Source: Candidatus Multivoradales bacterium (lineage in GTDB: Bacteria; Acidobacteriota; Thermoanaerobaculia; Multivoradales; JAHEKO01). Taken from it: a stretch of 64,000 nt of DNA. A model generated the notes under the pieces. It saw nothing but the letters and a program-made list of their open reading frames with translations, was not told the origin of the DNA and ran no database searches. Location of the stretch: positions 416,001 to 480,000 of the forward strand of contig CBDCXM010000008.1 in the NCBI GenBank assembly GCA_965223855.1. The letters run 5' to 3'. Position numbers and translations under genes: made by a program. Every line of letters starts with the position of its first letter. The stretch's first letter is position 1. This document shows positions 13,732-24,773 of the stretch, in pieces.

Positions 13732-15039
13732 CTACCACTTCTTCTCCGCGCGGTTGCGGATCGCCACCGCGGTCGCATTCATCAGCACCAGAAAGCCGAG
13801 CAGGACGAGGATCGCAGCGGACGTCTTCGCAACGAACGCCCGCTCCGGGCTGTCCGCCCAGAGGTACACCTGCACCGGCAGTACCGTGGACGGGTCGGTC
13901 ACCCCCTGCGGGATGTCGACGATGAAGGCGACCATGCCGATCATCAGCAGCGGCGCCGTCTCGCCGAGAGCGCGGGCCATGCCGAGAATCGTGCCGGTGA
14001 GAACCCCCGGCAGCGCCAGCGGCAGGACGTGGTGCGCGATCACCTGCATCGGCGACGCCCCGAGCCCGTACGCCGCCTCGCGAATCGACGGCGGGACGGT
14101 CTGGAGCGCCACCCGGCTGGCGATGATGATCGTCGGTAGCGTCATCAGGCTCAGCACCAGGCCGCCGACGAGCGGCGCCGAGCGCGGTAGATGAAAGAAA
14201 TTCAGGAACACCGCCAGGCCGAGCAGCCCGAAGACGATCGACGGCACCGCCGCCAGGTTGTTGATGTTGATCTCGATCAGGTCGGTCCAGCGGTTCTTGG
14301 GGGCGAACTCCTCGAGATAGACCGCCGCGGCGACACCGAGGGGGAACGAAAGCAGGAGGGTCACCACCATGGTGTAGAACGATCCCTTGAGCGCCGCCCA
14401 GATGCCGGCGAGCTCGGGTTCGCGTGAGTCGCCCGAGGTGAAGAACGTGGTGTTGAAAGAGCTGCGCACCATGCCCCGCTCCTCGAGGGCGTCGAACCAG
14501 CCGATCTGGGCATCGCTGACGCGGCGCTCGGTCTCCGGCACGTCGCGCGGGATGTCACCCTTGGCCAGCAGGTCGAGGTCGTCGGATGCCGGCACCCAGA
14601 AGGTGCGCTCGAGACCGATCGAGCCCGGGTTGGCGACCACCTCGTCCTGGATCTGGTAGGCGGCGCCGTTGCTGACCAGCCCGGCGAGCTCGCGGCGCTC
14701 CCCGCGCATCATGACGTCGGGGAACTGCTCGCGAAGCGCTTCTCTTACAAGGGCTGCGTAGTTCGCCGTCGCCAGAACCCGAGGATCACGGTTCCCCTCG
14801 GGGTCGATCACCGCCGGGTCGAGCGTTACGTCGAGCCGTACCTCGGTCTGGGTGAAGGCGCCGGAGGCGCGACTGACGATCGTGAAACCGAGGAAGACGA
14901 GGAACGACACGGCGAGCCAGAGCGCGCTTGCGCAGAGGAAGCGGAATCGCCGCTCGCGCGCATAGCGCTTCGACAGCCGGGCGCGCACCGCCTCCGTCGT
15001 CAGGGCGCCACCGGCTGTGGCGGTCACTGCGTTACTCAT
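13732..15039 (-). CDS. pstA: Phosphate ABC transporter permease PstA
   Basis: [33 protein letters not shown]. Confidence 0.95.
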   Translation of the reverse strand: MSNAVTATAGGALTTEAVRARLSKRYARERRFRFLCASALWLAVSFLVFLGFTIVSRASGAFTQTEVRLDVTLDPAVIDPEGNRDPRVLATANYAALVREALREQFPDVMMRGERRELAGLVSNGAAYQIQDEVVANPGSIGLERTFWVPASDDLDLLAKGDIPRDVPETERRVSDAQIGWFDALEERGMVRSSFNTTFFTSGDSREPELAGIWAALKGSFYTMVVTLLLSFPLGVAAAVYLEEFAPKNRWTDLIEININNLAAVPSIVFGLLGLAVFLNFFHLPRSAPLVGGLVLSLMTLPTIIIASRVALQTVPPSIREAAYGLGASPMQVIAHHVLPLALPGVLTGTILGMARALGETAPLLMIGMVAFIVDIPQGVTDPSTVLPVQVYLWADSPERAFVAKTSAAILVLLGFLVLMNATAVAIRNRAEKKW

Positions 15040-16411
15040 ATTGCTCCCGGTAGCGCCGCACGACGTAGAGCGCGACGACGTTGAGGGCGAGGGTGACGAT
15101 GAAGAGCACCAGCCCGAGGGCGAACGCGGCGAGCGTCTTGGCGCTGTCGAACTCCTGGTCGCCGACCAGCAGAGTCACGATCTGCACCGTGACGGTGGTG
15201 ACGGCGGCCAGCGGGTTGGCGGTCAGGTTGGCGCCGAGGCCGGCGGCCATGACGACGATCATCGTCTCACCGATCGCCCGCGAAACCGCCAGCAGCACGC
15301 CGCCGACGATGCCGGGCAGCGCCGCCGGCACGACGACCCTGCGGATCGTCTCCGACTGCGTGGCGCCGAGCCCGTAGGAGGCCTCTCTGAGCCCCTGCGG
15401 CACGGCGCTGATGACGTCGTCCGAGAGCGACGACACGAAGGGGATGATCATCACCCCCATTACCGCTCCGGCGGCCAGAGCGCTCTCGGAGGCGACATCG
15501 AGCCCGAGCGACTCCCCCCAGCCGCGAATCACCGGAGCGACGGTCAGGGCGGCGAAGAAGCCGTAGACCACAGTCGGGATGCCGGCGAGGATCTCGAGCA
15601 GCGGCTTCGCCGCCTTGCGAAAGCGCGCCGAGGCGTACTCAGACATGTAGATCGCCGCGAGCAGGCCGATCGGCACCGCCACCACCATGGCGATGAAGCT
15701 GATGAGGAAGGTGCCGGCAAAGAGCGGCACCGCGCCGAAAGCGCCGGAGCTGCCGACCTGGTCGGCTCGCAGCGCCGTCTGCGGGCTCCACTCGAGCCCG
15801 AACAAGAACTCCTTCCACGACACGAGCTGGAAGAAGCGCAAGGACTCGAACAGCAGGGAGAGGACGATGCCGACAGTCGTCAGGATCGCGATCAGCGAGC
15901 CGATCATGAGGATGGTCCGCGCCACCCGCTCCACACGTTGCATCGCCGCCATCTCGCGCTTGACGCCTCGCAGCGCAAAGGCGAGACCGAGGAGGGCAAA
16001 CGCTCCAATCAGTGCCGCCCGGGCGATCGAGCCGAGGCGGTCGAAACGCCGGAAGTTCTCGGCCGCCTGCGTCAGCGCCGCATCCGCCTCACGGCTCGCG
16101 GCGTCGCCGCGGGCGAGATTGCGGGCGTCGTTGAGGTAGAGGCCGAGGCGATCGTCGGGCAGTTGCTGAACCTCGGCCGGCAGTCCGGCGACGACCGCAT
16201 TCCGAACGATCTGCGGCTGCAGCGCCGTCCACAGCGCGAGGATGATCACGCAGGGGAGCAGGACCCACAGCGCCACGTAGGAGCCGTAGTAGCCCGGCAG
16301 CGACGTCAGTTCCTTCGGATGGCCGACCAGGCCCAGCGCCTTGCGGCGCCCGAACTGATAGCCGAGTGCCGTCAGAACGAGCAGCCCGGCCAGTAGCCAA
16401 AGTGTTCCCAT
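15032..16411 (-). CDS. pstC: Phosphate ABC transporter permease PstC
   Basis: EILAGIPTVVYGFF, SRAIGETMIV. Confidence 0.95.
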   Translation of the reverse strand: MGTLWLLAGLLVLTALGYQFGRRKALGLVGHPKELTSLPGYYGSYVALWVLLPCVIILALWTALQPQIVRNAVVAGLPAEVQQLPDDRLGLYLNDARNLARGDAASREADAALTQAAENFRRFDRLGSIARAALIGAFALLGLAFALRGVKREMAAMQRVERVARTILMIGSLIAILTTVGIVLSLLFESLRFFQLVSWKEFLFGLEWSPQTALRADQVGSSGAFGAVPLFAGTFLISFIAMVVAVPIGLLAAIYMSEYASARFRKAAKPLLEILAGIPTVVYGFFAALTVAPVIRGWGESLGLDVASESALAAGAVMGVMIIPFVSSLSDDVISAVPQGLREASYGLGATQSETIRRVVVPAALPGIVGGVLLAVSRAIGETMIVVMAAGLGANLTANPLAAVTTVTVQIVTLLVGDQEFDSAKTLAAFALGLVLFIVTLALNVVALYVVRRYREQYE

Positions 16412-16440
16412 CGAGATCTCCGAGACTACAAGAAAGAAAT

Positions 16441-16471
16441 GGGCCGCCGGGTCCGAGTTACCCGGCGGCCC
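16441..16471 (-). terminator. Stem-loop/partial terminator between pstS and pstC
   Basis: gggccgccgggt...acccggcggccc, followed on the minus strand by atttctttctt. Confidence 0.7.
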
Positions 16472-16477
16472 GATGCC

Positions 16478-17509
16478 TTACTTGACGTTGCCGGCCAGAG
16501 AGCGGGCGTCGGTCGTGACCGTGCTGCGCTCATCGGTGGGCAAAGGGATCAAGCCGGCATCGGCGAGATAACCGTCCTCGCCCCAAGCTCTGTCCGAAGT
16601 GAACTCGTTGATGTACTCGGCGATGCCGGGAATCACGCCGACATGGGCTCCCTTCACGTAGAAGAAGAGCGGGCGGGAGACCGGGTAGTCGCCGGAGGCG
16701 ATGTTGTCGAAGGTCGGCTCGACGCCGTCGACCAAGGAGCCCTGGACCTTGTCCGAGTTCTGGTCGAGGAAGCTGAAGCCGAAGACGCCGAAGGCGCTCG
16801 GGTTGGCCTCGAGCTTCTGCACGATGAGGTTGTCGTTCTCACCCGCCTCGACGTAGGCGCCGTCTTCGCGGATCGAGTGGCAGATCGCCTTGTAGCGGTC
16901 CTTGTCCGAGTTCTTGAGCTCGGCGACCCACTCGATCTTCTTGCAGCCGCCCTCGAGGGCGAGCTCGGCGAACGCGTCGCGGGTTCCGGAGGTCGGCGGC
17001 GGGCCGAGCACCTCGATCTTGACCGCGGGAAGCGAAGCATCGACGTCCTTCCAGGTCTTGTAGGGGTTCGGCCTCAGCTTGCCGTCCTCGCCCGGGACGT
17101 CCTTGGCGAGCGCGAGGAAGATCTGCTTGCGGGTCAGGGTCGCCTGGTCGGCGGAGCGTGAGTTGGCGAGCACGATGCCGTCGTAGCCGATCTTCACCTC
17201 GGTGATGTTCGTGACGCCGTTGCCCTGGCACAGCTCGACCTCGGAGTCCTTGATCGCGCGCGAGGCGTTTGTGATGTCCGGATGCTCGACGCCGACACCG
17301 GCGCAGAAGAGCTTCAGGCCCCCGCCGGAGCCGGTCGACTCGATGACGGGAGTCTTGAACGAGGTCGAGCGACCGAACTGCTCTGCGACCTTGGTCGCGA
17401 ACGGGTAGACCGTCGATGAGCCGACGATGCGAATCTGATCGCGCTGCGCCTGGGCGGCGCCGGCGATCGCGACGAGAGCGGTCAGGGTGAGAAGAGTGAT
17501 CTTCTTCAT
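16478..17509 (-). CDS. pstS: Phosphate-binding periplasmic protein PstS
   Basis: Signal peptide MKKITLL..., IVGSSTVYP, STGSGGG, SGTRD, YPVSRPLF. Confidence 0.95.
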   Translation of the reverse strand: MKKITLLTLTALVAIAGAAQAQRDQIRIVGSSTVYPFATKVAEQFGRSTSFKTPVIESTGSGGGLKLFCAGVGVEHPDITNASRAIKDSEVELCQGNGVTNITEVKIGYDGIVLANSRSADQATLTRKQIFLALAKDVPGEDGKLRPNPYKTWKDVDASLPAVKIEVLGPPPTSGTRDAFAELALEGGCKKIEWVAELKNSDKDRYKAICHSIREDGAYVEAGENDNLIVQKLEANPSAFGVFGFSFLDQNSDKVQGSLVDGVEPTFDNIASGDYPVSRPLFFYVKGAHVGVIPGIAEYINEFTSDRAWGEDGYLADAGLIPLPTDERSTVTTDARSLAGNVK

Positions 17510-17607
17510 GGTGGGAAATTCCTTCTCCTGTGAACCGATGGACTGTGGGGGATTGGGGTGGACGTCGAGCGTCCATCGGTAAGCTACAAATCGGCTGAGT
17601 CGCAACC

Positions 17608-17636
17608 GCTACGGCGGTGTTACGGCAGGGTGACAA
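17608..17636 (-). promoter_or_regulatory. PHO box upstream of pstS
   Basis: Minus strand TTGTCAC-cctg-CCGTAAC-accg-CCGTAGC; 11-bp period matching the CTGTCAT-type PhoB half-site. Confidence 0.65.
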
Positions 17637-17717
17637 GCCCCTCCGGGAAAGCCGGCAGGCCGGGGTCGCAGATCGGCGCTGAGACGGTACCCGCCAGCCG
17701 TCGGGCTGTCGGACAGG

Positions 17718-18422
17718 TCAGTGGACGGAGGTGTCCTGCGCCTCTTCCTGTTCCTGGGCCGCCGCCTCGGCCTTCGGATGACGAATGTCGCGCCCCTCGA
17801 CGTAGTAGATGACGTCCTCGGCGACGTTGGTCGCGTGATCGCCGATCCGCTCGACGTTCTTGGCGACCAGCAGCAGGTGAAGCGCCCGGCCGACCGTGTC
17901 CGGGGACTCGATCATGAAGGTCAGCAGCTCGCGGAAGAGCTGCTTGTAGAGCGAATCGATCCGGTCGTCCCGGTCGCAGACGTCGAGCGCGAGGTTGACG
18001 TCGCGGCGCACCAGCGAGTCGAGGCTGTCACGTACCATCTCGGCCGCGATACGTGCCATTGCCGGAAGGTCGATGTAGGGCTTGAGCGGCGGTTCGGCGT
18101 TGATCTGCGCCGCGGACTTGGCGATGTTCACCGCCGAATCACCCATCCGTTCGAGATCGTTGGTGATCTTCATCACGGCGACGAGGAATCGCAGATCGAT
18201 CGCCGTCGGCTGCTGGGTCGCCAGCATCTGGTGACACTCCTCGTCGACCGTCTTCTCGAGTCGATCGACCTCGAGGTCCTGCTGGATGACCGCTTCGGCC
18301 AGCTCATCGTCGCGCTCGACGAGCGAGCGCATGCTGTCGTCGATCATCTTCTCGACTTCGGCGCCCATCCGCAGCAGGTCCTGGCGGATCTTGTCGAGCC
18401 CCTGGTGTAGCGCGCGTTCCAT
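17718..18422 (-). CDS. phoU: Phosphate signalling protein PhoU
   Basis: QPTAIDLR, DLERMGD, ERIGDHATN. Start ATG 18422. Confidence 0.95.
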   Translation of the reverse strand: MERALHQGLDKIRQDLLRMGAEVEKMIDDSMRSLVERDDELAEAVIQQDLEVDRLEKTVDEECHQMLATQQPTAIDLRFLVAVMKITNDLERMGDSAVNIAKSAAQINAEPPLKPYIDLPAMARIAAEMVRDSLDSLVRRDVNLALDVCDRDDRIDSLYKQLFRELLTFMIESPDTVGRALHLLLVAKNVERIGDHATNVAEDVIYYVEGRDIRHPKAEAAAQEQEEAQDTSVH

Positions 18423-18469
18423 GGTGGGAGGCCTCCTACCTCGATTGTGACATGTCGTGACGGAGCGCG

Positions 18470-18501
18470 AAGAAAGAGGGCGGCCGTCGCGGCCGCCCTC
18501 T
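18470..18501 (-). terminator. Terminator of the porin gene
   Basis: agagggcggccg-tcg-cggccgccctct with a T-rich tail on the minus strand. Confidence 0.7.
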
Positions 18502-18543
18502 GTGAAAGCTCTCGCGGCCCGAGGGCCGCCGGGGCAGGGCGGG

Positions 18544-19737
18544 TCAGAAATCGACCTGCCAGCGCACCAGCACGAACTCCATGCTGCCGACACCCTTGAC
18601 GTCGGCGTCGACGAAGTTGAGCATGAACCGGGTCGCCGGGTTGAGATACCAGTTGAAACCGACCGTCGTGTTGTCTTGCTCGCCACCGCTCACGAGACCA
18701 TCGTTGAGATTGATGCTCGAGACGCGGAAGACGATCTCCATCGCGCCCTTGCCGTCCTTGCCGAAGGTGGTGCTCGGCTTCTGACGGTCGAAGGCGCCCG
18801 AGCTGGTCTTGAACCGGCGGTAGTCGTCGGTCAGATAGAAGCCCGCCTGGGCGTAGTAGCCGTCGAAGGAAGGATCGCCGAAGTCTCGGGAGTCGACATC
18901 CATCTCCATCGTCTCGGCGGCGAACCAGAAACGATTGAAGACACCGGCGACCTCGAGGCCCAAGAGCGTGGCGCTGTCGGCGGCGAAGTTGTCGGTGTTG
19001 ACGAAGCGGGTCGTCAGGTGAGCCTCTGGACGGGTGCGGAAGCGAAAGGTCTCGCCGTTGCCCCGGTCCTTGGAGGAGAAGCCGATCCCGACGTGAATCA
19101 GGTTCTTGCCGTCGTCCTTGTAGATCGGGCGGAAAGCGACCCGACCGGTCAGGTTCGTGTTGTCGCCGTTGCCGCTGACACCGAAATCGTCGGCGTCGTA
19201 GAAGTAGCCGACGCCCCAGTTGACCCGGTCGCCGTTGTTTCCGTGGAAGCCGACGCCCGAGTTGCGACTGGGAGAGAAGGCACCGACCGGCAGCGAGCGC
19301 TCGAGGAAGGCGAGGTACTTGGAACTCGTCAGCTCCTCGAGTGAAAAGTACTCCTTGTAGTGGCCGAAGCGCAGCTCACCGGCACTGTTCTTGATGCCGA
19401 TCCAGACGTCCTTGAAGTCGGCGTCGCCGCCGGCGAAGTCGTACTGAGCCTTGAACTTGATCTTGTCGTAGATCGTGCCCTCGAAGAAAAGGCGGGCGCG
19501 GCGAAACTCGAAGCCGTCCTGCAGATCCTCTTCGTCGAAGACCGCGTCACCGCTGGCAAACTGGTAGTCGGCCATGATCCGGCCGCCGAACTTGAGGCTG
19601 TAGCCCTTTTCTTCGTCCTCGAGCTTGAAGCCGTTGCTCCACTTGAAGGTCGGCTCCGCGGACGCGGCCGGGGCGATCAGGGCCGCGACCGCGAGAAACG
19701 CGAGTGCCGCCGTGAAGACGCGAGATCGATGCAACAT
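18544..19737 (-). CDS. Phosphate-selective porin (OprO/OprP family)
   Basis: FEFRRARL, SLEELTSSKY..FLERS, NWYLN, terminal Phe. Next to phoU/pst. Confidence 0.9.
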   Translation of the reverse strand: MLHRSRVFTAALAFLAVAALIAPAASAEPTFKWSNGFKLEDEEKGYSLKFGGRIMADYQFASGDAVFDEEDLQDGFEFRRARLFFEGTIYDKIKFKAQYDFAGGDADFKDVWIGIKNSAGELRFGHYKEYFSLEELTSSKYLAFLERSLPVGAFSPSRNSGVGFHGNNGDRVNWGVGYFYDADDFGVSGNGDNTNLTGRVAFRPIYKDDGKNLIHVGIGFSSKDRGNGETFRFRTRPEAHLTTRFVNTDNFAADSATLLGLEVAGVFNRFWFAAETMEMDVDSRDFGDPSFDGYYAQAGFYLTDDYRRFKTSSGAFDRQKPSTTFGKDGKGAMEIVFRVSSINLNDGLVSGGEQDNTTVGFNWYLNPATRFMLNFVDADVKGVGSMEFVLVRWQVDF

Positions 19738-19919
19738 GGTGAACTCTCCTTGGAACTGGGGGTCTGCCGGGACTGCTTCTTCCTGATGGGGCCTTCTGGT
19801 GTGGCCTTGCGGAGTCAGCCTTCGAGGACAGGACCGATTGGAGTCAAGGGTGTGCGGCGACGAGCCGCGAGGTGAGGGCCCAGAGTAGGGACGCCCCTTC
19901 GCAGCGATGCGGCGGAGTT

Positions 19920-19937
19920 GTTACAGCCGTGCTACAG
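19920..19937 (-). promoter_or_regulatory. PHO box upstream of the porin
   Basis: Minus strand CTGTAGC-acgg-CTGTAAC, 11-bp period. Confidence 0.6.
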
Positions 19938-19951
19938 CCGGCCGAGCGAGG

Positions 19952-21574
19952 TCAGGGCCGATCGCCGAGATCGAGCACGACGCCGTCGATCGTCTCGCCG
20001 GCGACGGCGCCGACCTTCCACGCGAGCGTCGGCGCGAGATCGACCGTCCTCACCGAGTCGCCGCGCGGCCCTGCCGCGACGCCGGGAGCGAGCAGCATCA
20101 GCGGCACGTGGGTGTCGTATCGCCACGCCGTTCCGTGGCTGGTCGCGACCCAGAGGCTGGAGAGGAAGTACTCGTCGCGCTCGACCATCAGGTCGGGGCT
20201 GCGCTCCGGGTGGAACGAGTTGCGATAGAGCCGCCCCTTCGGATCGCTGTCGACTGCGTCACCCTGAGCCTCGCTCCCCATGAGCTCGGATCGGGTCCAC
20301 ACCTGGCGGACCCCGGGACAGGCAGTGATGAGAGCGTCGGCTGCCGCCTCGACCTCGGCCGCCCTACCCGCCTCGTGTGCCTCGGCCGACACGAACGGTC
20401 CCGGGGAGAGCCAGCGGCCGACTCCGAAGCGCCCCTCCAGCCGGGCGTGGACCCCCTGCATACACAGGACGTCGGCGTCATCGGCTCGCTTGCCCGGCTC
20501 GCCGCGCTGCGCCCGCAACTCGGGAAGCGGCGCGGCACCGTGATCGGCGCTCAGAGCGAGGACGACGTGCTCGAGGCCGATACGGCGGTCGAGCGTCTCG
20601 AGGAAGGCTCCGAAGGTGCGATCGAGCCTTCTCAGAGCGTCGAGATACTGCGGTGAGTCGGGCCCGAAGCGGTGGCCGACGTAGTCGGGCCCCGAGAAGC
20701 TGATCGCCAGCAGGTCGGGCACCGGGTCGCCTCCCAGCGCCTCGGCTCCGAGGACGGTCAGGGCGAGTCGCGCCGTCTGCTCGTCGACGAACGGCGAGTA
20801 GCGGATTTCGCTGTAGAAGCTCTCTCCGGGCACCGGCGTCAGGGCGCCGAAGGTGATCGGAAAATCGGGCTCGAACGGCCCCAGCTCGAACGGCTCGACG
20901 CCGAGCTCCGCCAGCGCACCGTCCGGCACCGGCAACGGTTCCCAGGCGGTGCCGAAATGGGTGTCGAGCGCCCGTTCGTCGTTGAAGGCCTCGAGCCACT
21001 CCGGGTCTTCGTCGAGGTAGTAGCTCGAGCTCTCGAACTCCCCGTCGTCGTCGTCGTAGAAGAGCGCCGCGTCGGCGCCGAAGCCGCCGAGCGCCACCGC
21101 GCTGCGATCCTTGGTCGAGACCGAGTAGACCTTCGACGTCGGGTAGCGCCGCTTCATCCAGTCACCGAGCGACTCGCACAGGAGCCGCTCGGGAGACTCG
21201 ATGTCGTCGTCGTTCTCGGCCGAATAGACCTCGTCTCCCGATTCTCGATCGATCCAGGTGTTGGCGACCATCCCGTGATTGCGGGGCAGGCAACCGGTGG
21301 CGAGAGAGGCATGCCCCGGCGCGGTGTGGGTGATCGCGTGATCGTGCCGCGCATCGACCCAGTAGGCGCCATGGTCGAAGAGGTGACGGAAGCCGCCCTC
21401 CCAGAAGCGGTCGAAGCGCTGCAGGGTCTCTCCGCCGACCTGATCGAGCACCACGAGCACGACCAGGCGGGGCGTACCGGGCTCCGGCGGCGCGGCCGGC
21501 TCGTCGGCGCAGCCGACCAGGGCCAGCAACGTCACCGGCAGGAGAAGGAGGCGCGACAGTCTCTCGGGAAGCAT
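19952..21574 (-). CDS. Alkaline phosphatase superfamily lipoprotein (PafA/PhoK-like)
   Basis: LVGC lipobox, VVLDQ, T-H-T-A-P-G-H (Thr nucleophile), KDRSA, DYVGHRFGP, SADHG, TSHG..YDTHVP. Confidence 0.88.
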   Translation of the reverse strand: MLPERLSRLLLLPVTLLALVGCADEPAAPPEPGTPRLVVLVVLDQVGGETLQRFDRFWEGGFRHLFDHGAYWVDARHDHAITHTAPGHASLATGCLPRNHGMVANTWIDRESGDEVYSAENDDDIESPERLLCESLGDWMKRRYPTSKVYSVSTKDRSAVALGGFGADAALFYDDDDGEFESSSYYLDEDPEWLEAFNDERALDTHFGTAWEPLPVPDGALAELGVEPFELGPFEPDFPITFGALTPVPGESFYSEIRYSPFVDEQTARLALTVLGAEALGGDPVPDLLAISFSGPDYVGHRFGPDSPQYLDALRRLDRTFGAFLETLDRRIGLEHVVLALSADHGAAPLPELRAQRGEPGKRADDADVLCMQGVHARLEGRFGVGRWLSPGPFVSAEAHEAGRAAEVEAAADALITACPGVRQVWTRSELMGSEAQGDAVDSDPKGRLYRNSFHPERSPDLMVERDEYFLSSLWVATSHGTAWRYDTHVPLMLLAPGVAAGPRGDSVRTVDLAPTLAWKVGAVAGETIDGVVLDLGDRP

Positions 21575-21644
21575 GAGCGGTGAGTATAGGGCGATCCACA
21601 CCGAGGCGGCCTTACAATGCCGGAACCCGACCGAAGGAGATCCC

Positions 21645-24600
21645 GTGACGTTGCGACGCGCCGCTTCCCTGCCGCTGGCCCTGCTGTACCTGCTGCCTTT
21701 CCCAGGCTCGCTGTCCGCCGATGAGGAAGCGCCTCCCGAGCTGAAGCTCGAGTGGCGCTCGATCGGCCCCTACCGGGGCGGGCGCGTCACTACCGTGGCC
21801 GGAGTGATCCAGCAACGCGAGACGTTCTACATGGGGGCCACCGGGGGCGGCGTGTGGAAGACCGAGGACGCCGGAGTCACCTGGACCAACGTCTCCGATG
21901 GCCACTTCGGTACCGGCTCGGTCGGCGCGGTCGCCGTCGCCCCCTCCGACCCCAACGTCGTCTACGTCGGCATGGGCGAGGCCCAGGTACGAGGTGTCGC
22001 CACCTCCCACGGCGACGGCGTCTACCGGTCGCGCGACGGCGGCGGTAGCTGGGAGCATCTCGGTCTCGAGGAGACCCGCCAGATCTCGGCGGTGCGAGTG
22101 CACCCGAGCGATCCGGAGACGGTCTACGTTGCCGCCCAGGGGTACACGGGGCGCGACAGCGCTGAACGCGGCATCTACCGCTCCCGAGACGGCGGCGACA
22201 CCTGGGAGCAGGTGCACTTCGTGTCCGAGCGGGCCGGAGCGAGTTCGCTCTCCATCGACCCCACCAACCCCCGGGTGCTCTACGCCGGCTACTGGGAGCA
22301 CCGGCGCCATCCGTGGAAGGTCGAAAGCGGTGGCCCGGGATCGGGGATCTTCAAGTCGAGCGACGGCGGCGACACCTGGCGCGAGCTCACCACCGGGCTG
22401 CCCGAGCTGATGGGAAAGGTCGGGGTCGACGTCTCCCCCGCCGACCCGCGCCGGGTCTGGGCGATCGTCGAGGCGGAGGAAGGGGGCCTCTTCCGCTCCG
22501 ACGACGGCGGCGAGAGCTGGAAGCGGGTCAACTCGGAGCGGGTGCTGCGTGCCCGTGCCTGGTACTACACCCGCGTCTTCGCCGATCCCATCGACGCCGA
22601 CACCGTCTACGTTCTCAACGCCCCGGTGATGAAGTCGGTCGACGGCGGGCGCACCTTCGAGCGCATCCGCGTCCCCCACGGCGACAACCACGCGCTGTGG
22701 ATCCACCCCCACGACAACACGCTGATGATCAACGGTAACGACGGCGGCGCCAACGTCTCGACCAACGGCGGGCGCACCTGGTCGACCCAGACCAACCAGC
22801 CGACGGCTCAGTTCTACCGGGTCAACACCGACCGGCAGTTCCCCTACCGCGTGTACGGCGGACAGCAGGACAATTCGAGCGTCTCGATCGCCAGCCGCAC
22901 CTTCCACGAGAGCGGTATCGGTCGCGACGACTGGTATCCGGCCGGCGGCTGCGAAACCGCCTACTCCGCCTTCGACCCGGACGATCCTCGCTACGTCTAT
23001 TCAGGCTGTTATCAGGGGTTAATCGGCGAGCTCGACGTCGAGACGGGCCATGAGCGCAGCGTCATGGCCCACGAATTCCTCGGCCTCGGCACCGACCCGG
23101 GCGAGCAGCCGTACCGCTTCAACTGGAACGCCCCGATCGTCGCTTCTCCCCACGATCCGACGACGATCTACCACGCCGCGAACAAGGTCCTCGTGACGCG
23201 CGATCGGGGCGTCACCTGGGAGGAGATCAGTCCCGACCTCACGCGCAACGACCCCGACCTCCACGGCCCCGGCGGCGGTCCGATCACCAACGAGGCGGCG
23301 GGCGGCGAGAACTACAACACCATCCTCTACCTCGCGGAATCGTCGCAGGAAGCGGGGACGATCTGGGTCGGCAGCGACGATGGGCGGGTGCACCTGACCC
23401 GCAACGGCGGTGCCGACTGGAGCGACGTCACGCCGCCCGGGCTCCCCGAGTCGATGATCAACGCCATCGACGTATCGCCACACGACCCCGGAGGAGCCTG
23501 GCTGGCGGTCACCCGTTACAAGTTCGGCGACTACGAGCCACGCATCTACCGCACCGATGACTACGGAGCGAGTTGGGTACGGCTCGACGAGGGCATCGAA
23601 GACGACGCCTGGGTGCGAGTCGTCCGTCAGGACCCCGAGCGGCGCGACCTGGTCTACGCCGGCACCGAGACCGGCTTCTACGTCTCCTTCGACCGGGGGG
23701 AGAGCTGGCGCCACCTTCAGGGCAACCTCCCGGTCGTGCCGATCACCGACCTCGATGTCGTCGGCAACGATCTCGTCGCCGCGACCCAGGGGCGGGCTTT
23801 CTGGATCCTCGACGACCTCGCCCCGCTGCGAGAGTGGCGCGAGTCGCTCCGGGACTCGCCGCTCCACCTCTTCCCGATCGAGACTGCGCTTCGGGTCGGC
23901 GGCGGCGAAGGAGGGGACGGGGTCGGCAAGAACCCGCCGCGGGGCGCTGCGATCCACTACTGGCTCGGCACCGACCTCGCGGAGGAGGAAGAGCTGCGCC
24001 TCGACGTCCTCGACAGCGCGGAGAGGGTCGTGCGCTCCTACTCGAGCCGGCCCGCGGAGTCGGGAGAAGGCGCGGATGAGGACGACTCCACGTCGAAGCC
24101 GTTGCCGTCGAAAGCCGGCCTGCAGCGCTTCGTCTGGAATCTCAGGGGCGAGCCGCTGCCGAAGATCGACAAGCTCCTCGCCTTCGGTGGCCTCGACTCC
24201 TACCGCCTCGGACCCGGCAGCTACACCGTCCGGCTGACCCGCGGGGAGACCTCGGCGACCGCCGAGCTGACGGTCGTACACGATCCGAGGACACCTCTCG
24301 AAGCCACCGACTTCGAGCCCCAACAGGCGCTCCTCGCCGAGATCGAAGGGGCGGCGCGCGAGCTTCTCGACTCGGTGCGGCGGGTTCGAAGCGTGAGAGA
24401 ACAGGTCGAGACGCTGCTCGAGCGCATCGAGCCGTACGACGCCGACGGCACCCTGAAGGAGGCAGCGGACACCTACCTCGAGGCTCTCGACCAATGGGAA
24501 GACCGGGCGGTGCAGAAGCGCCAGGAGACCTTCCAGGACGTCATCAACTTCCACAACCGGCTCAACGCACGGCTCGCCAGCCTGATGGGCACGGTGGACG

Positions 24601-24767
24601 AGTCCGGCCCTCCGGTGACGGCAGGCGCCCGGCGTGCCTGGAGCGAGCTCTCCGCTCAGGCCGAGGAGCTGTCCGTCGAGGTCGCCGAGCTGCTCGGTCC
24701 CCGCCTCGAGTCGTGGCTCGCCCTGCTCGAGGAGCGCGAGGTCCCGCTGCTGATCGTGCCGCGTTAG
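21645..24767 (+). CDS. VPS10/BNR beta-propeller glycosyl hydrolase-like exported protein
   Basis: GAAGGAG RBS before GTG 21645. WRSIGPYRGGR, Asp-boxes, HGDNHALWI, YRFNWNAP. Confidence 0.88.
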   Translation: MTLRRAASLPLALLYLLPFPGSLSADEEAPPELKLEWRSIGPYRGGRVTTVAGVIQQRETFYMGATGGGVWKTEDAGVTWTNVSDGHFGTGSVGAVAVAPSDPNVVYVGMGEAQVRGVATSHGDGVYRSRDGGGSWEHLGLEETRQISAVRVHPSDPETVYVAAQGYTGRDSAERGIYRSRDGGDTWEQVHFVSERAGASSLSIDPTNPRVLYAGYWEHRRHPWKVESGGPGSGIFKSSDGGDTWRELTTGLPELMGKVGVDVSPADPRRVWAIVEAEEGGLFRSDDGGESWKRVNSERVLRARAWYYTRVFADPIDADTVYVLNAPVMKSVDGGRTFERIRVPHGDNHALWIHPHDNTLMINGNDGGANVSTNGGRTWSTQTNQPTAQFYRVNTDRQFPYRVYGGQQDNSSVSIASRTFHESGIGRDDWYPAGGCETAYSAFDPDDPRYVYSGCYQGLIGELDVETGHERSVMAHEFLGLGTDPGEQPYRFNWNAPIVASPHDPTTIYHAANKVLVTRDRGVTWEEISPDLTRNDPDLHGPGGGPITNEAAGGENYNTILYLAESSQEAGTIWVGSDDGRVHLTRNGGADWSDVTPPGLPESMINAIDVSPHDPGGAWLAVTRYKFGDYEPRIYRTDDYGASWVRLDEGIEDDAWVRVVRQDPERRDLVYAGTETGFYVSFDRGESWRHLQGNLPVVPITDLDVVGNDLVAATQGRAFWILDDLAPLREWRESLRDSPLHLFPIETALRVGGGEGGDGVGKNPPRGAAIHYWLGTDLAEEEELRLDVLDSAERVVRSYSSRPAESGEGADEDDSTSKPLPSKAGLQRFVWNLRGEPLPKIDKLLAFGGLDSYRLGPGSYTVRLTRGETSATAELTVVHDPRTPLEATDFEPQQALLAEIEGAARELLDSVRRVRSVREQVETLLERIEPYDADGTLKEAADTYLEALDQWEDRAVQKRQETFQDVINFHNRLNARLASLMGTVDESGPPVTAGARRAWSELSAQAEELSVEVAELLGPRLESWLALLEEREVPLLIVPR

Positions 24768-24773
24768 GCCGGC

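Noticed and set aside
18447-18463. PHO box upstream of phoU (GTCAC twice)
   Set aside because: Half-sites are spaced 10 bp rather than 11 bp; suggestive but not called
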